Assembly (NCBI GenBank): GCA_030390025.1
Contig: CM059433.1
Span: 29,638,001 to 29,702,000 of the forward strand
Source of the DNA: Squalus acanthias
Lineage: Eukaryota
DNA length: 64,000 nt
Direction: 5' to 3'
The translations under genes were made by a program, and so were the position numbers. The notes beneath the pieces are model-generated. The model saw nothing but the letters and a program-made list of their open reading frames with translations. It was not told the DNA's origin and made no database searches. This document shows, piece after piece, positions 37,309 through 49,194 of the stretch (position 1 is the stretch's first letter; each line of letters begins with the position of its first letter).

Positions 37309-37444
37309 CAAAAGCAAAGTACTGCGGATGCTGGAAATCTGAAACAGAAACAGAAAATGCTGGAAACACTCAGCAGGTCAGGCAGCATGTATGAAGAGAA
37401 AAACAGAGCTAACGTTTCAGGTCTATGACCTTTCGTCAGAAAGG
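37309..37444 (-). mobile_element. Short P2 Penelope 3'-end insertion with hammerhead core
   Basis: 16-bp TSD TATATAAATGCAAATA (37293-37308 / 37445-37460) in a SINE tail. Minus strand reads TTCTGACGAAAGGTCATAGACCTGAAACGTT. Confidence 0.8.
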
Positions 37445-37834
37445 TATATAAATGCAAATAATTCTTTCTTTCTCAAATGGCGATGTGGAGCTGTATTAAC
37501 AATGGTGGAAATTCTGCCTACAGTGACGGAGTGGTGTAAATGTGTTGTATAGATCCCATGAGCTCTATATGCTTTCTGTGACTTTGGGAGTTTTTCTCAA
37601 CAACAACACTTAAAAAGAGATATTAGGACAGTTGGCAGCTTGGTCAAAGAGGTCGTTTTTAGAAAGTGTCTTAAAGGAGGAGAGAGAGAGGCAGAAAGGT
37701 TAAGGGAGGGAATTCCCCAGAATTTAGGGCCTAGGCAGCTGAAGGCATGGCTGCCACTAGTGGGGCAATGAAAATCGAGGATGTGCAGAACATGAAGGGG
37801 GTTATTTTGGGGAAAGGGTGAAAACAGACACTAA

Positions 37835-38695
37835 GGCCGCGATTTTGTGATTGGTGTCAGGATGGGTGCGGGACAGCTGGTTTCCGGGTTCCGGTCCCGC
37901 CCCCAGCTGCCTCCACTCCACAGATGTGATTTTCCCTGGATTGACCTTGTTAAGCCCGCCCTGCGGGCTTGCCGGCCAATTAACAGGAGGCGGGTCTGAT
38001 AACATCATTTGATGACACGTCATCTGCCGGTTTCCTTAAAGGGACCACGCACAATTTTATTTTGACAGTTGATTTCTCAGTGTTTGACGGCATTGAGGTG
38101 CTGAAAACACTGACAATCACTGCACAAAGGTGAACTCTTGCACCCAGGCTCCCTCCATATGCTGGAATAGATGGCAGCTGCAGGTGAGGTGACAGAAGCG
38201 ATCTGTCACTGGTGAGAGAGGTTCTCCCAATGAGGTGGCACTGGACACACAGTTGGATTTAAAAACTTGTAAGCTAAAGAAATCTGTATATGTTTTAAAA
38301 ATGCAGTAACCAACATTTTCTTTGCTCTGAAACTTACCATCTGAGACATGGCATCCTTGACACCACTTCTGCAGCTGTCATCTTTTCACAAACATCAGAC
38401 TAGACTCACAACACGCCACACTTACCTGGCGTGGTGTCCGGACATCGGAGAACCCGACCCAGAAGTGGGAAAATCCAAAAACAGGCTGTAAACTACTGAC
38501 AAGTACCTGTTAATAGGCAGGTAATTGCCTTTAATCCATTTCCCGCCGCTAGGTGTCGGGTCCATTCGCAAATCGGAGACCCAACACTTGGGAAAGCTGT
38601 TTGGAGGCGGGTTGATGGCGGGTTCGGGACCCACCGTCAATCAATAGCACTTTAACCTCTGACCCACCTCTCTGAGTGCTGGCAAAATCGCGGCC
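37835..38695 (-). mobile_element. Family-D Harbinger MITE (861 bp)
   Basis: Perfect TIR GGCCGCGATTTTG / CAAAATCGCGGCC and canonical TAA TSD. The ends match the 16388 left end and the 1600-1872 right end in reverse orientation. Confidence 0.9.
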
Positions 38696-38929
38696 TAAAT
38701 GTGTGCTGTGCATCTGTTTAAAAGTCTGGATTTAGCCGGCAATTTTGGGGATAATTGCTGATTACCATGATTTAAACGTGCCTGGAGGCGCTATAACAGA
38801 CACCTGCTTGTTTAACACTCAAGCGCTGATTAGGAGCAATTTTCCTGGAGTGGTATATGTAGCCTTCAAGCACGCACTTCCACTGAAGGTGTGGCATGCA
38901 CTGTCTGACACACAACGGAACATTTCAGG

Positions 38930-41712
38930 ATGGCTCAGGGACCGAGGGAGAGGGCTCACAGGTTCTCAGATGCGGCACTGGAGGTCCTGGTGGAGGAGGT
39001 CCAGAGGAGGAGGGATGTCTTGTAGGGGGCAGATATGGGAGGAGATCGCCGAGGAGGTCACAGCCAGGAGCACTGCCCACAGGATATGGCTCGTGTCCCA
39101 CAAAAAATTTAATGACTTGACATGAGGGGTCAAGGTAAAATCTCATCTCACAAACACACTTCTCAATTCCTGCACCACCACCAGCATGCCAACTTCAACA
39201 CACTTCATCCACCAGCTAACTCTATACCGACATTCACACAACCCACAATTTTGCATCCTTCACAGGCACTACTCACACCTGAGACACATCTGGCTGCTCT
39301 TCCTCCATGTGAGGCATCACACACACAAGCATGCCTGCCAATACACTCATTCACAATCACCACTCTTTCTCTTCCAGGAAAAGATAGCACATAACAGGCG
39401 CCAGCAAGACCTGACTGGGGGAGGTTGAAGCACAACTCCATGAGATCACTGCCCTTGAAGAAGCAATGCTGGCGGTAATTGGGAGGGGAGTGGCAGACGC
39501 CATGGCCACAGGCAGAGCAGAGGATAGAGGTATGTAGCCACTCCAGCTTCCTTACAGATGAACAACTATTCCTGATCCCTAATCCCCCAAAGTTATCCTC
39601 ACTCCCAAGCTCCATATGGTCTCATCACACACATCCTCCTATAGTGGCCACACGCACTGCACCCTAACCGCTCTAGCTTTATCTTTGCAAGATCCACTTC
39701 GCCACCCTCGGAGGAACTGGAAGAGGAGGAAGAGCCACCTCGCCTCCTGGAGGAAGAGGAGAAGAATGGGTCGGCCATTTAGGACTAATATGAAAAATTT
39801 CTTCACTCAGAGGGTGGTGAATCTTTGGAATTCTCTACCCCAGAGGGCTGTGGAGGCTCAGTCGTTGAGTATATTCAAGACAGAGATTGATAGATTTTTG
39901 AATAGTAAGGGAATCAAGGGATATGGGGATAGTGCAGGAAAGTGGAGATGAGGTAGAAGATCAGCCATGATTTTATTGAATGGCAGAGCAGGGCCAAATG
40001 GCCTACTCCTGCTCCTATTTTTTATGTTCTAAGAAAGAGGAGAGTGAGGAAGAAGGCACTGCGTCAATGGCTACCACTGTCGCAGGCACCAGCTCAGACA
40101 TCGGCACCATGTGTAACTTAGAGGGTAAGGTAGAACACAAATCCTCACAGTGGCACGCTCCGGGCACTAGTGAGTAGCAGCCATGCCGGGTGGAAGGGAC
40201 ACCACAGGTGCCACCTTGCCGGGGGGGCAAGGTTGCATACTCGTTCTGCTGTAGAGGCCAAACTTTAGAAGAGGCTGATGGATGTGACAAAACAAATGCT
40301 TGGTGCAATGGAGAGCCTGCCTGAAAGCCTATGGGGGCAAAATTGGGTGCCTTTGCGCCTCCCGTTAGCGCCCCCAGGGGGCACTAACAGGGCGCAAATG
40401 GCTTTGCAACTGGGCGTGGCACTGACATCGACTCCCGGCATGTTCGGTGGAAGTTTTGCGACAGCGCTACAGCGTTGCGCCCCGATCTCTTTCGCCTGGA
40501 GATTGTGACGTCATCGCCGTGCACATCACCCCGGACCCGAAATTGACTTCTGCCCCTGCAGCAGCGCCGGTCGAAAACACCGACAATTGCAGGAGGCGTG
40601 CATCGGGCGGCTGGCCGCTTTGGGGGCGATGATTAAAGGCGAGAAGGTGGCTGAGGTAAGTAAAAAAAAAAATTACCTTTCTTGTTGCAGATTTTTTTGC
40701 CGGTTGCTTGAGTGCCGGGCTGATTGTGTGGGATCGTGGCTGCCTTGGTGGTCCAGGTAGGTACTTTTTCTATTGCAGAGCCTGCAGCGATGGCCCTTCC
40801 CTTTAAGGGAGGGAAGGAGCCTTTGAACGCGGCAGCGCTGGACGGCCCAGTGTGCAGCGCTGCTGAAGTCTCCGCTCTGCCTGCTGCCGATTGCGCTCCA
40901 AGAAGGAAGAGGAGTGCTTGATTTAGTGCTCCACTTCCTTCCTGGAGCGCAAAAACGAATTTTTTTAAAGTTTAGCAACATTAGCGCCTGGCGCTAATTT
41001 TCTCAACTTTTAAAATTTAGCGCCCCAAATGGGGCTATAAAAAATTTCTCCCCCTATGGGTCATGTCTAGGGGGATGGAGGAGTCAGCCTCTAACCTGGC
41101 CTGTGGCTTTACACAGAGCCTGGAACCCATCCTCTCTAGCGTGGAGAGGCTGGCCAATTCCATCCAGCCACCTGTGGAGCCCAACATCATGAAGCGTCTG
41201 ATGACTGAGGTCCCAGCTTCCATGGAACACCAAACAGCTTGCATGGAATAACAAGGTGCTGCAATGGAAGCCCAAACAGCTTCCATTGCACTACTTACAT
41301 CTTCCAATAAACAGCAAAGTGCTGCAATGGAAGCTCAGGCAGTTGCCATGGTGGCTCTGGGCTCCTTGGCTGAAAGGGGCTTGCAGAGTGTCTCAGCTGC
41401 CCAGAGATCTGTTCTCCAGCAGATCACTGGGCTGGCTGAACAGATACCCCAAGGAAGTGGCGTGGGAATCATATCAGCCAGGCGGCCCAGACTGCTCAAG
41501 CCGATGCTGAGATGGTGCAGTCTGAGGCGAGGCTATCACGGCCCACAGCCTCTCGAGGGTGACGCAGGAGGCCTTCTGAACTGTCCTCTTCAGATTCGCA
41601 GCTGCCATACACCTCGTGTGCTGCTGCTACTTGGGCTGCACTTTGTAGAAGCACCAGAGCAGGCAAGAGCTCTTATCGGATAGCCACTAAGGGTAAGCAC
41701 CAGGGTAAATAG
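38930..41712 (+). pseudogene. Decayed Harbinger Myb/SANT ORF2 (3-exon), interrupted by a CR1 tail (~39770-40030) and MITE F
   Basis: MAQGPRERAHRFSDAALEVLVEEVQRRRDVL*...WEEIAEEV...KKFNDLT, donor at 39135. Exon 2 from 39378 (EKIAHNRRQQDLTGGG*). The C-terminal region resembles family-A ORF2 (QRSVLQQI...GKHQGK*). Contains stops and frameshifts. Confidence 0.8.
40333..41054 (+). mobile_element. Harbinger-type MITE (F), family-A-related ends
   Basis: TIR GGGGGCAAAATT / AATTTCTCCCCC, TSD TAT, subterminal TTAGCGCC motifs, CRE at 40506. Confidence 0.85.
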
Positions 41713-41984
41713 TTTAATATTTGTAAGTGCTGTTGGTTGTGTCAGATTTTCATTGTTTATGCTCTACATAAAGAATGATGATGGTAATTGGGTAGTGGTT
41801 GAATTGGTGTTTTTTTTATTGTGTTCTTCATGGGGAAGGGTTTGAAAGGATTGAGTGCAGATGATGGACTTCTTGATGGATCCTCAGTCATGGAAGGTAA
41901 GGCGTGTGGTAACAGCGCTCCGAAGTCTGATGGTGGAGGACATCTCTCAAACGCGGTCTTCAATTAGATGGCGGTGAGCATTCC

Positions 41985-43700
41985 TTTTATTCGTTTTTAT
42001 GGGATGTGGGCATCGCTGGCAAGGCCAGCATTTATTGCCCATCACTAATTGCCCTTGAGAAGGTGGTGGTGAGCCGCCTTCTTGAACCGCTGCAGTCCGT
42101 GTGGTGAAGATACTTCCACAGTGCTGTTAGGGAGGGAGTTCCAGGATTTTGACCCAACGATGATGAAGATCAGCGATATACTTCTAAGTCAGGATGATGT
42201 GTGACTTGGAGGGGAACTTGGAGGTGGTGGTGTTCCCATGCGCCTGCTGCCCTTGTCCTTCTAGGTGCAAGAGGTCACGGGTTTGGGAGGTGCTGCCGAA
42301 GAAGCCTTGGCGAGTTACTGCAGTGCATCTTGTAGATGGTACACACTGCAGCCACGGTACGCCGGTGGTGGAGGGAGTGAATGTTTAACGTGGTAGAGGG
42401 GTTGCCAATCAAGCGGGCTGCTTTGTCCTGGATGGTGTTGAGCTTCTTGAGTGTTGTTGGAGCTGCACTCATCCAGGCAAGTGGAGAGTATTCCATCACA
42501 CTCCTGACTTGTGCCTTGTAGATGGTGGAAAGGCTCTGGGGAGTCAGGAGGTGAGACAATCGCCAGCAGAATACCTAGCCTCTGACCTGCTCTTGTTGCC
42601 ACAGTGTTTATGTAGCTGGTCCAGTTAAGTTTCTGGTCAATGGTGACCCCCAGGATGTTGATGGTGGGGATTCGATGATGGTAATGCCATTGAATGTCAA
42701 GGGGCGGTGCTTGGACTCTCGCTTGTTGGAGATAGTCATTGCCTGGTACTTCTGTGGCGCGAATGTTACCTGCCACTTATCAGCCCAAGCCTGAATGTCG
42801 TCCAGGTCTTGTTGCATGCGGGCATGGACTGCTTCATTATCTGAGGAGTTGTGAATGGCACTGAACACTGTGCAGTCATCAGCGAACTTCCCCATTTCTG
42901 ACCTTATGTTGGAGGGAAGGTCATTGATGAAGCAGCTGAAGATGTTTGGGCCTAGGACACTGCCCTGAGGAACTCCTGCAGCGATGTCCTGGGACTGTGA
43001 TGATTGACCTTCAATCACCACAACCATCTTCCTTTGTGCTAGGTATGATTCCAGCCAGTGGAGAGTTTCCCCCCCGATTCCCATTGCCTTCAGTTTTACT
43101 CGGGCTCCTTCATGCCACACTCGGTCAAATGCTGCCTTGATGTCAAGGGCAGTCACTCTCACCTCACCTCTGAAATTCAGCTCCTTTGTCCATGTTTGGA
43201 CCAAGACTGTAATGAGGTCGGCAGCCAAGTGGTCTTGGCGGAACCCAAACTGGGCATCAGTGAGCAGGTTATTGGTGAGTAAGTGCCGCTTGATAGCACT
43301 GTTGATGACACCTTCCATCACTTTGCTGATGATTGAGAGTAGACTGATGGGGCAGTAATTGGCTGGATTGGATTTGTCCTGCTTTTTGTGGACAGGACAC
43401 ACCTGGGCAGTTTTCCACATTGTCGGATAGATGCCAGTGTTGTAGCTGTACTGGAACAGCTTGGCTAGAGGCGCGGCTAGTTCTGGAGCACAAGTCTTCA
43501 GCACGATAGCCGGGATGTTGTTAGGGCCCATAGCCTTTGCTGTATCCAGTGCGCTCAGCCGTTTCTTGATATCACGTGGAGTGAATCGAATTGGCTGAAG
43601 ACTGGCTTCTGTGATGGTGGGGACCTCAGGCGGAGACTGATATGGATCATCCACTCGGCACTTCTGGCTGAAGATGGTTGCAAATGCTTCACCATTGTCT
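41985..43700 (-). mobile_element. CR1/L2-group LINE, 5'-truncated, RT domain
   Basis: ORF 42608-43654 with PISLLS, DIKAAFD, GVPQGSVLGP and FADDCT. The 3' tail is shared with 22435-23060(+), 51170-51470(+) and the SINE at 53350-53745. Confidence 0.9.
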
Positions 43701-46700
43701 CCTTCTGTGCTATATGATTTTATGAAGTGAAAGGAATTACTTAAAAAAATAAAAACACTCTTTCATCACGTGAACTCAGTGCCTTGAGGCTAAATAAGGT
43801 AAACCAGCCAGCGTTCTAACTCCTGATCTTTATCCAATAACCCCCTGATGAGATTGTGAATATTTTGAACATCAGTTGAGGACAGGATGGAGCATGGTCT
43901 CCATGGCCTCATCGCTCCCTATCTCTGTAACCTCCTCCAGCCCTACAACCCTCCAAGATCTCTGTGCTCCTCCAATTCTGGCCGCTTCAGTATCCCCGTT
44001 TTTAATCGCTCCACCATTGGTGGCCGTGACTTCAGCTGCATAGGCCCTAAATCTGGAATTCACCTCCAAACCTCTCTGCCTCTCTACCTCTCTCTCTCTT
44101 CCTTCAAGACACTCCTTAAAATCTACCTCTTTGAACAAGCTTTTGGTCACCTGTCCTAATATCTTATGTGACTCAATATCAAATTTTGTTAGATAATGCA
44201 CCTGTGAAGCACCTTGGGAGGTTTTACTATGTTAAAGGTGCTATATAAATGCAAGCCGTTGTTGTTGTTGGTTGTTGCATAGCTTGTTGACACTCACTGT
44301 CAAGATCAGTTGCTTAAGACAAGGGAGGTCTGTTGGTGCCTGTGGAACCACACTCCAGTATGAGACAGCATCTTAGAACATAGGAATTGGTGGACAGAAA
44401 AGACCAAAGTCCATCTATTTTGCCTTCTACCATCCTGGTAGTCACATAATACAATGATAATGGAGTAGTTGACTAATCATAGCAATCAATCTCTATCAAT
44501 TAGTCTACAACAGACCCAGACATGAGGCAAGGAAAACCTCAGTAGTGGAGAGCTTTGGGAACCATAGGTCCAAAGTCACCTGTTCCTCCCAAACATGCTA
44601 CACTCACATGTCATGTCTCCAATTACTCATGTATTCTATCCCAAAATGTTATTTTCTGAAAGAAATCTCTCCCAAGGAGAGAGAGGAGAAAAGGAGAGAA
44701 AATTAGGGAAAAGAAAGTTAACTGGAGATCTCAGTGATGGCTAGCAGTCACGTTCTGGGTTCCTTTGATGGGCAGATTTGTCAGTTGTCTAGGGAGGGGA
44801 AATGCAATAGACATATTGGCAGGTCAACTAGCAAATGCCTTTGATTGTATTCATACGTATATCTACAAATGTCCCAATTGTGGAGCATCACACAGATGTT
44901 GTGTGGAGGGGTAGGAGGGCTCACTTAAAGAAAGGAAGAAAATACAGGGGGAAATGCAACAAAAAGTAAGTGGATTGTCCCCAGGCAGACAGAGAAAGGA
45001 GAAAAGGAAAGAACTTGCATTTATATAGCGTCTTACACTCCAAATGGGCTTCCCAAAGCATTTTTACAACCAATGGATTATCTTTATGTCTCGTCACTAC
45101 CATTACTTAGGTAAACGCAGCAGCCAATTTGCACACAGCAATTTCCCACCAACGGCAATGGGATAAATAACTAGAAAAATAACTGTTTGTGTTGGTCTTT
45201 GTTGAGGGAGGAATATTGGACAGGACGCCAGGAGAACTCCCTGCTCTTCTTCCAACAGTGCCATGGGATCTTTTATGCCCACTGAAGCAGGCCTAAATTT
45301 AGCATCCGATCCAAAAGAGGGGACCTCCAACAATACAATACCCCTCAGCGCTGCACTGAAGTGTCAGCCTAGATTAAGATAACATTTATGGATATAAACC
45401 TAGGTAACTAATTAAAACCATACAACAGTAGTTTTAGCAAAAATAGCCACATATGCCAATTAAAGATTCTCAGTTTCACAATCTTCTGATCATTACTTTC
45501 AAGATTGTCGCATAATTTATCAGTTGAAGCCACTCGTAAACCTCTGCTTCTGAAATTATACCTTTAACTTGCAAATATCTGTAAGCTTTTCAATAAATAA
45601 TGTCAACTGCATTTTTATAATGTGGAAAAGCTGTAATTAATATACTTATTTTTTGGAATCAAAATCCGACTACTGAAAATGCAAAATACTATTCAGGAAC
45701 CTTTTGAATCATTGTTGTGATCACTTCACTGATACAAAGTTACCAAGAACCGTACCAGTAAGTAATTGATACAAGAATGTGTCGCACACATTTAAGTTGA
45801 TTAGAGTTCATTGTTTTGCACAGAGATGGAATACTATACTGTGAAAATCACTACCGATATATCACATTAGCAGTGCAGTGAAAAGCCACCATAAAGATAA
45901 CTAATGGGACTTGCTACTCTTCTTACAATCCACAAGTATTGAGAGAGGTTATAGATGTGTTAAAAAATAAATGATCTCACCAGGGTTAATTATCAATGAG
46001 CCATGATTCTTACTATAATGAGCACATTACTTGGGCAACATAATGAGCATCGGAAATATCTGTCTTCCTTTAGGATTTATTTCTGCTTACTGTGCCATAC
46101 TAAGGGGAATACAGTTTTATTTTTAATATTTCCTCCAGTCCATTTTTACATTCCAAGAACACATTCATATTCGCAATTTCTCTCAAACGGGAAGGGGAGG
46201 AGGGAGGTGGAGAATGGAATATATTAAACAGTGTACTTCAAGAAAGAACTCCCCTGTCTATGGTGGCTTGCATGACCTCAGAATGTCTCAAAGCTCTTTA
46301 CAGCCAGTTAATTACTTTTTGAAGTGTAGCCACTGTTGTATTTAGGTGGCATGAAGGGGCAAACTTTCATCATCATCACCGACTGGAACAGATCGCATGC
46401 CCATTGTGGAACTGGCCCGATGTTCAGCCCATTGATTTCAATGGGCGGGACATTGAGTGGGTTCTACAACAGCTGGGTGATCCCCTCCGACAAATTACCC
46501 CCTCAAGGCAGTGAGAGTGAAAATTAGCCCCAACGCATTAGGACTGTCTTGTCCAGTTATTTGTGTCTTAATGCATTCCAACATCACAGTGCACTGTGAT
46601 TATGGATCCAATACTGCCCTCGGACCCACTTCTCATCTGAAAGATGGCGCCTCCCTCAGTATTCCAGTGCAGTACTGTCAGAGGTACAGTCTTTCAGATG

Positions 46701-47577
46701 AGACGTTAAACCAAGGCCCTCTCAGGTGAACGTAAAAGATCCAAGGCACTATTTCGAAGAAGAGCAGGGGAGTTCCACTAGGTGTCCTGGCCAACATTTA
46801 TCCCTCAACCAATACCACTACAAAAAAAACAGATTATCCAGTCATTATCATATTGCTGTTTGTGGGAGCTTGCTGTGCGCAAATTGGCTGCTATGTTTCC
46901 TACAATACAACAGTGACTACACTTAAAAAAGTACTTTATTGGCTGTAAAGAGTTTTGGGAGGTCCTGAGGTCATGAAAGGCACTATATAAATGCAAGTTA
47001 TTGCAATCCATAATTAAGGAGGAAGTGACTGAGCACTTAGAGAAATTTGAGCTGATTAGAGAGAGCCAACATGGATTTGTAAAGGGTAGGTCATGTCTAA
47101 CGAACCAAATTGAATTTTTTGAGGAAGTAGTAGACTGGGGAATGTCTATGGATGTAGATAATATGGACTTCCAGAAGGCATTTGGTAAGGTTCCACATAA
47201 GAGAATATTAGCCAAAATGAAATCTCATGGAATTGAAGGCAAATTATTGACCTGGTTAGGAGATTGGTTAAGCGGTAGAAGACAAAGGGCCGTATTTTCC
47301 GATCGGAGGCTTCCTGCGTGCGGAGGCCTCCGATCTGGAAAAAATCTATGGACTTACCTGAGAGCTCCCGAAGTGCGTATACTTCCGTTCCTGGACCTCT
47401 CCAACTTGAAATGCACAGGGCCCACGTATCCCAGAGGCGCATGCGGTTCGCAAGTGTCCCTGGGATCATGTGGGCCATGGGGAGCCAATAGGAGAAGGGA
47501 ATCTCCCTTCATACACTTGACAGATAGACCTGTCAAATATATGAATGGAGATCACCCCCAAAACACTGTAAAACATT

Positions 47578-49194
47578 GGCCCAGAAATTAAAGACTGAGG
47601 GGTAGAAATTAGGTCGCGCCCCATTTGGGGCGCAAATATCGTCCGGACGCAAATATTAGCGCCTGGCGCTAATTATCGGCACTGACTGGAAACTTCACTT
47701 TTACCGCCGCGAGAGGGCACTGCACACCTCTCTTAAGGCGCAAAGGCCGAGCAGTGAGGCGCTAACTCGGAGCGCTGGCGAAGCTCATGTAATGTCAGTC
47801 AGCAATGGAACACACACACAATGGCACGGGCCAGTTCTTAAAGGGGATGGTTAATCTTGCTTTCCATCCACATCCTGTTCATTGCTGCCTTGAATCTCGG
47901 CCTGGAGAGACTTGCACATCAAATGTGCTGGAAAGAACAATGGAGAGCACCAGGCAAAGAGCTCAGAGTGCTGCTCCCACGGTCTCTGCTAAATCGATAC
48001 AAGGAATGGCAAATCAAAATGAACCTGCAAAGTGCTGCTCAGTACCCAAAACACCTTCACACAACGTTGAATCTCTCCAGAAGTCTCTCCCTCTCTCTCT
48101 CAGAATGCGTAGTTCAAAAATGCCACCAACAATAAAAGACAGGAAGAGGCCCCCTTTAAATAGCGCCCCCCCCAACCCCACAGCGATTGATAGCGTTCCA
48201 GTCTTCTGGTCGTTGGAAGCGCCAGGCGGTAAGGCAGGGGGCGCCACTCAATTTCCGCTCCGGGGCGCCCCAAGGGCGTTGCACCATGGAATGACGTCAC
48301 AATCTGCGCGCGCAGGTGGTCGCTGCGGTAAGTTTTAGCGCCGCCGCACAATCTCAAGTTAAGTTCTCGAGCGGCGCAATCATCGCTGCGCCCGGGCGTT
48401 AGCGGCTTTGCACCCCATTAGCGCCCTCTTGAGGCGCTAACGGGTGGCGCAACCAAGTGAATTTTTACCCCTGAGTGTTGACGCGGGGGTAAGGCTTCCT
48501 CGCGATCTCTCACTCCGCGTTGGCTTTTTCAGATCCAGCTCGCACGAACTTGATGTTCTAGACATCAGCTGGGCAGTGCTTGCGTATCCCACCGGCGTAG
48601 TGAATTCGTGCGAGCTGTGGGATCACGTGACTCAGTTAGAGCCAATGGCAGCACACCATCTTCCATTCATAAGTTTCACATACGTGCTGTGAAAGCTATG
48701 AATCTTACACCCCCCCAAAATAACAGCTAAACCTCAATTAAATTAAAAAAAAACATCACATTAATAAAATAAGTATAGTTAAATAAATTAACCATTTTAA
48801 ATAAAAAATAAAATTTTTGAAAAAATTTAAAATCTTTTAAAAAGTTATAAAAATAAACTTACCTGTCTTTAAAGTCTCTAAAAAAGATATACCTGTTATT
48901 AAAAATTCAAAATAATACTTAATTCACTACTTACCTTGTTAAAAGTGGGTCTTACTCCTCCTTTTTTCATTTCTAAAATCTTCCGTCCTTACCTGCGCGT
49001 CCAAAGCACTAAGTGCACAGCGTGCGCGCAGCCTGTAGCGCGCACGCGGTGCACCGAGGAACCGCCCCCTTTTCCAAAAACCAAGTGCCGGTTTTCAGCG
49101 CATGCGCAGTGCATGCAGAAAACCGGCAATTGGTGACAGAATACGCGAGAGTACACAGTGCGTACTCTCGCGTCGCGGGACTAATTTTTGGGCC
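47578..49194 (+). mobile_element. MITE family B (middle nested element)
   Basis: TIR GGCCCAGAAATTA / TAATTTTTGGGCC, 3-bp TSD ATT. An uninterrupted sibling lies at 55711-56453. Confidence 0.85.
47599..48471 (-). mobile_element. Non-autonomous Harbinger family-A derivative (873 bp), innermost nested element
   Basis: Near-identical reverse complement of 14701-15592. TSD TGA (47596-47598 / 48472-48474). Confidence 0.92.
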
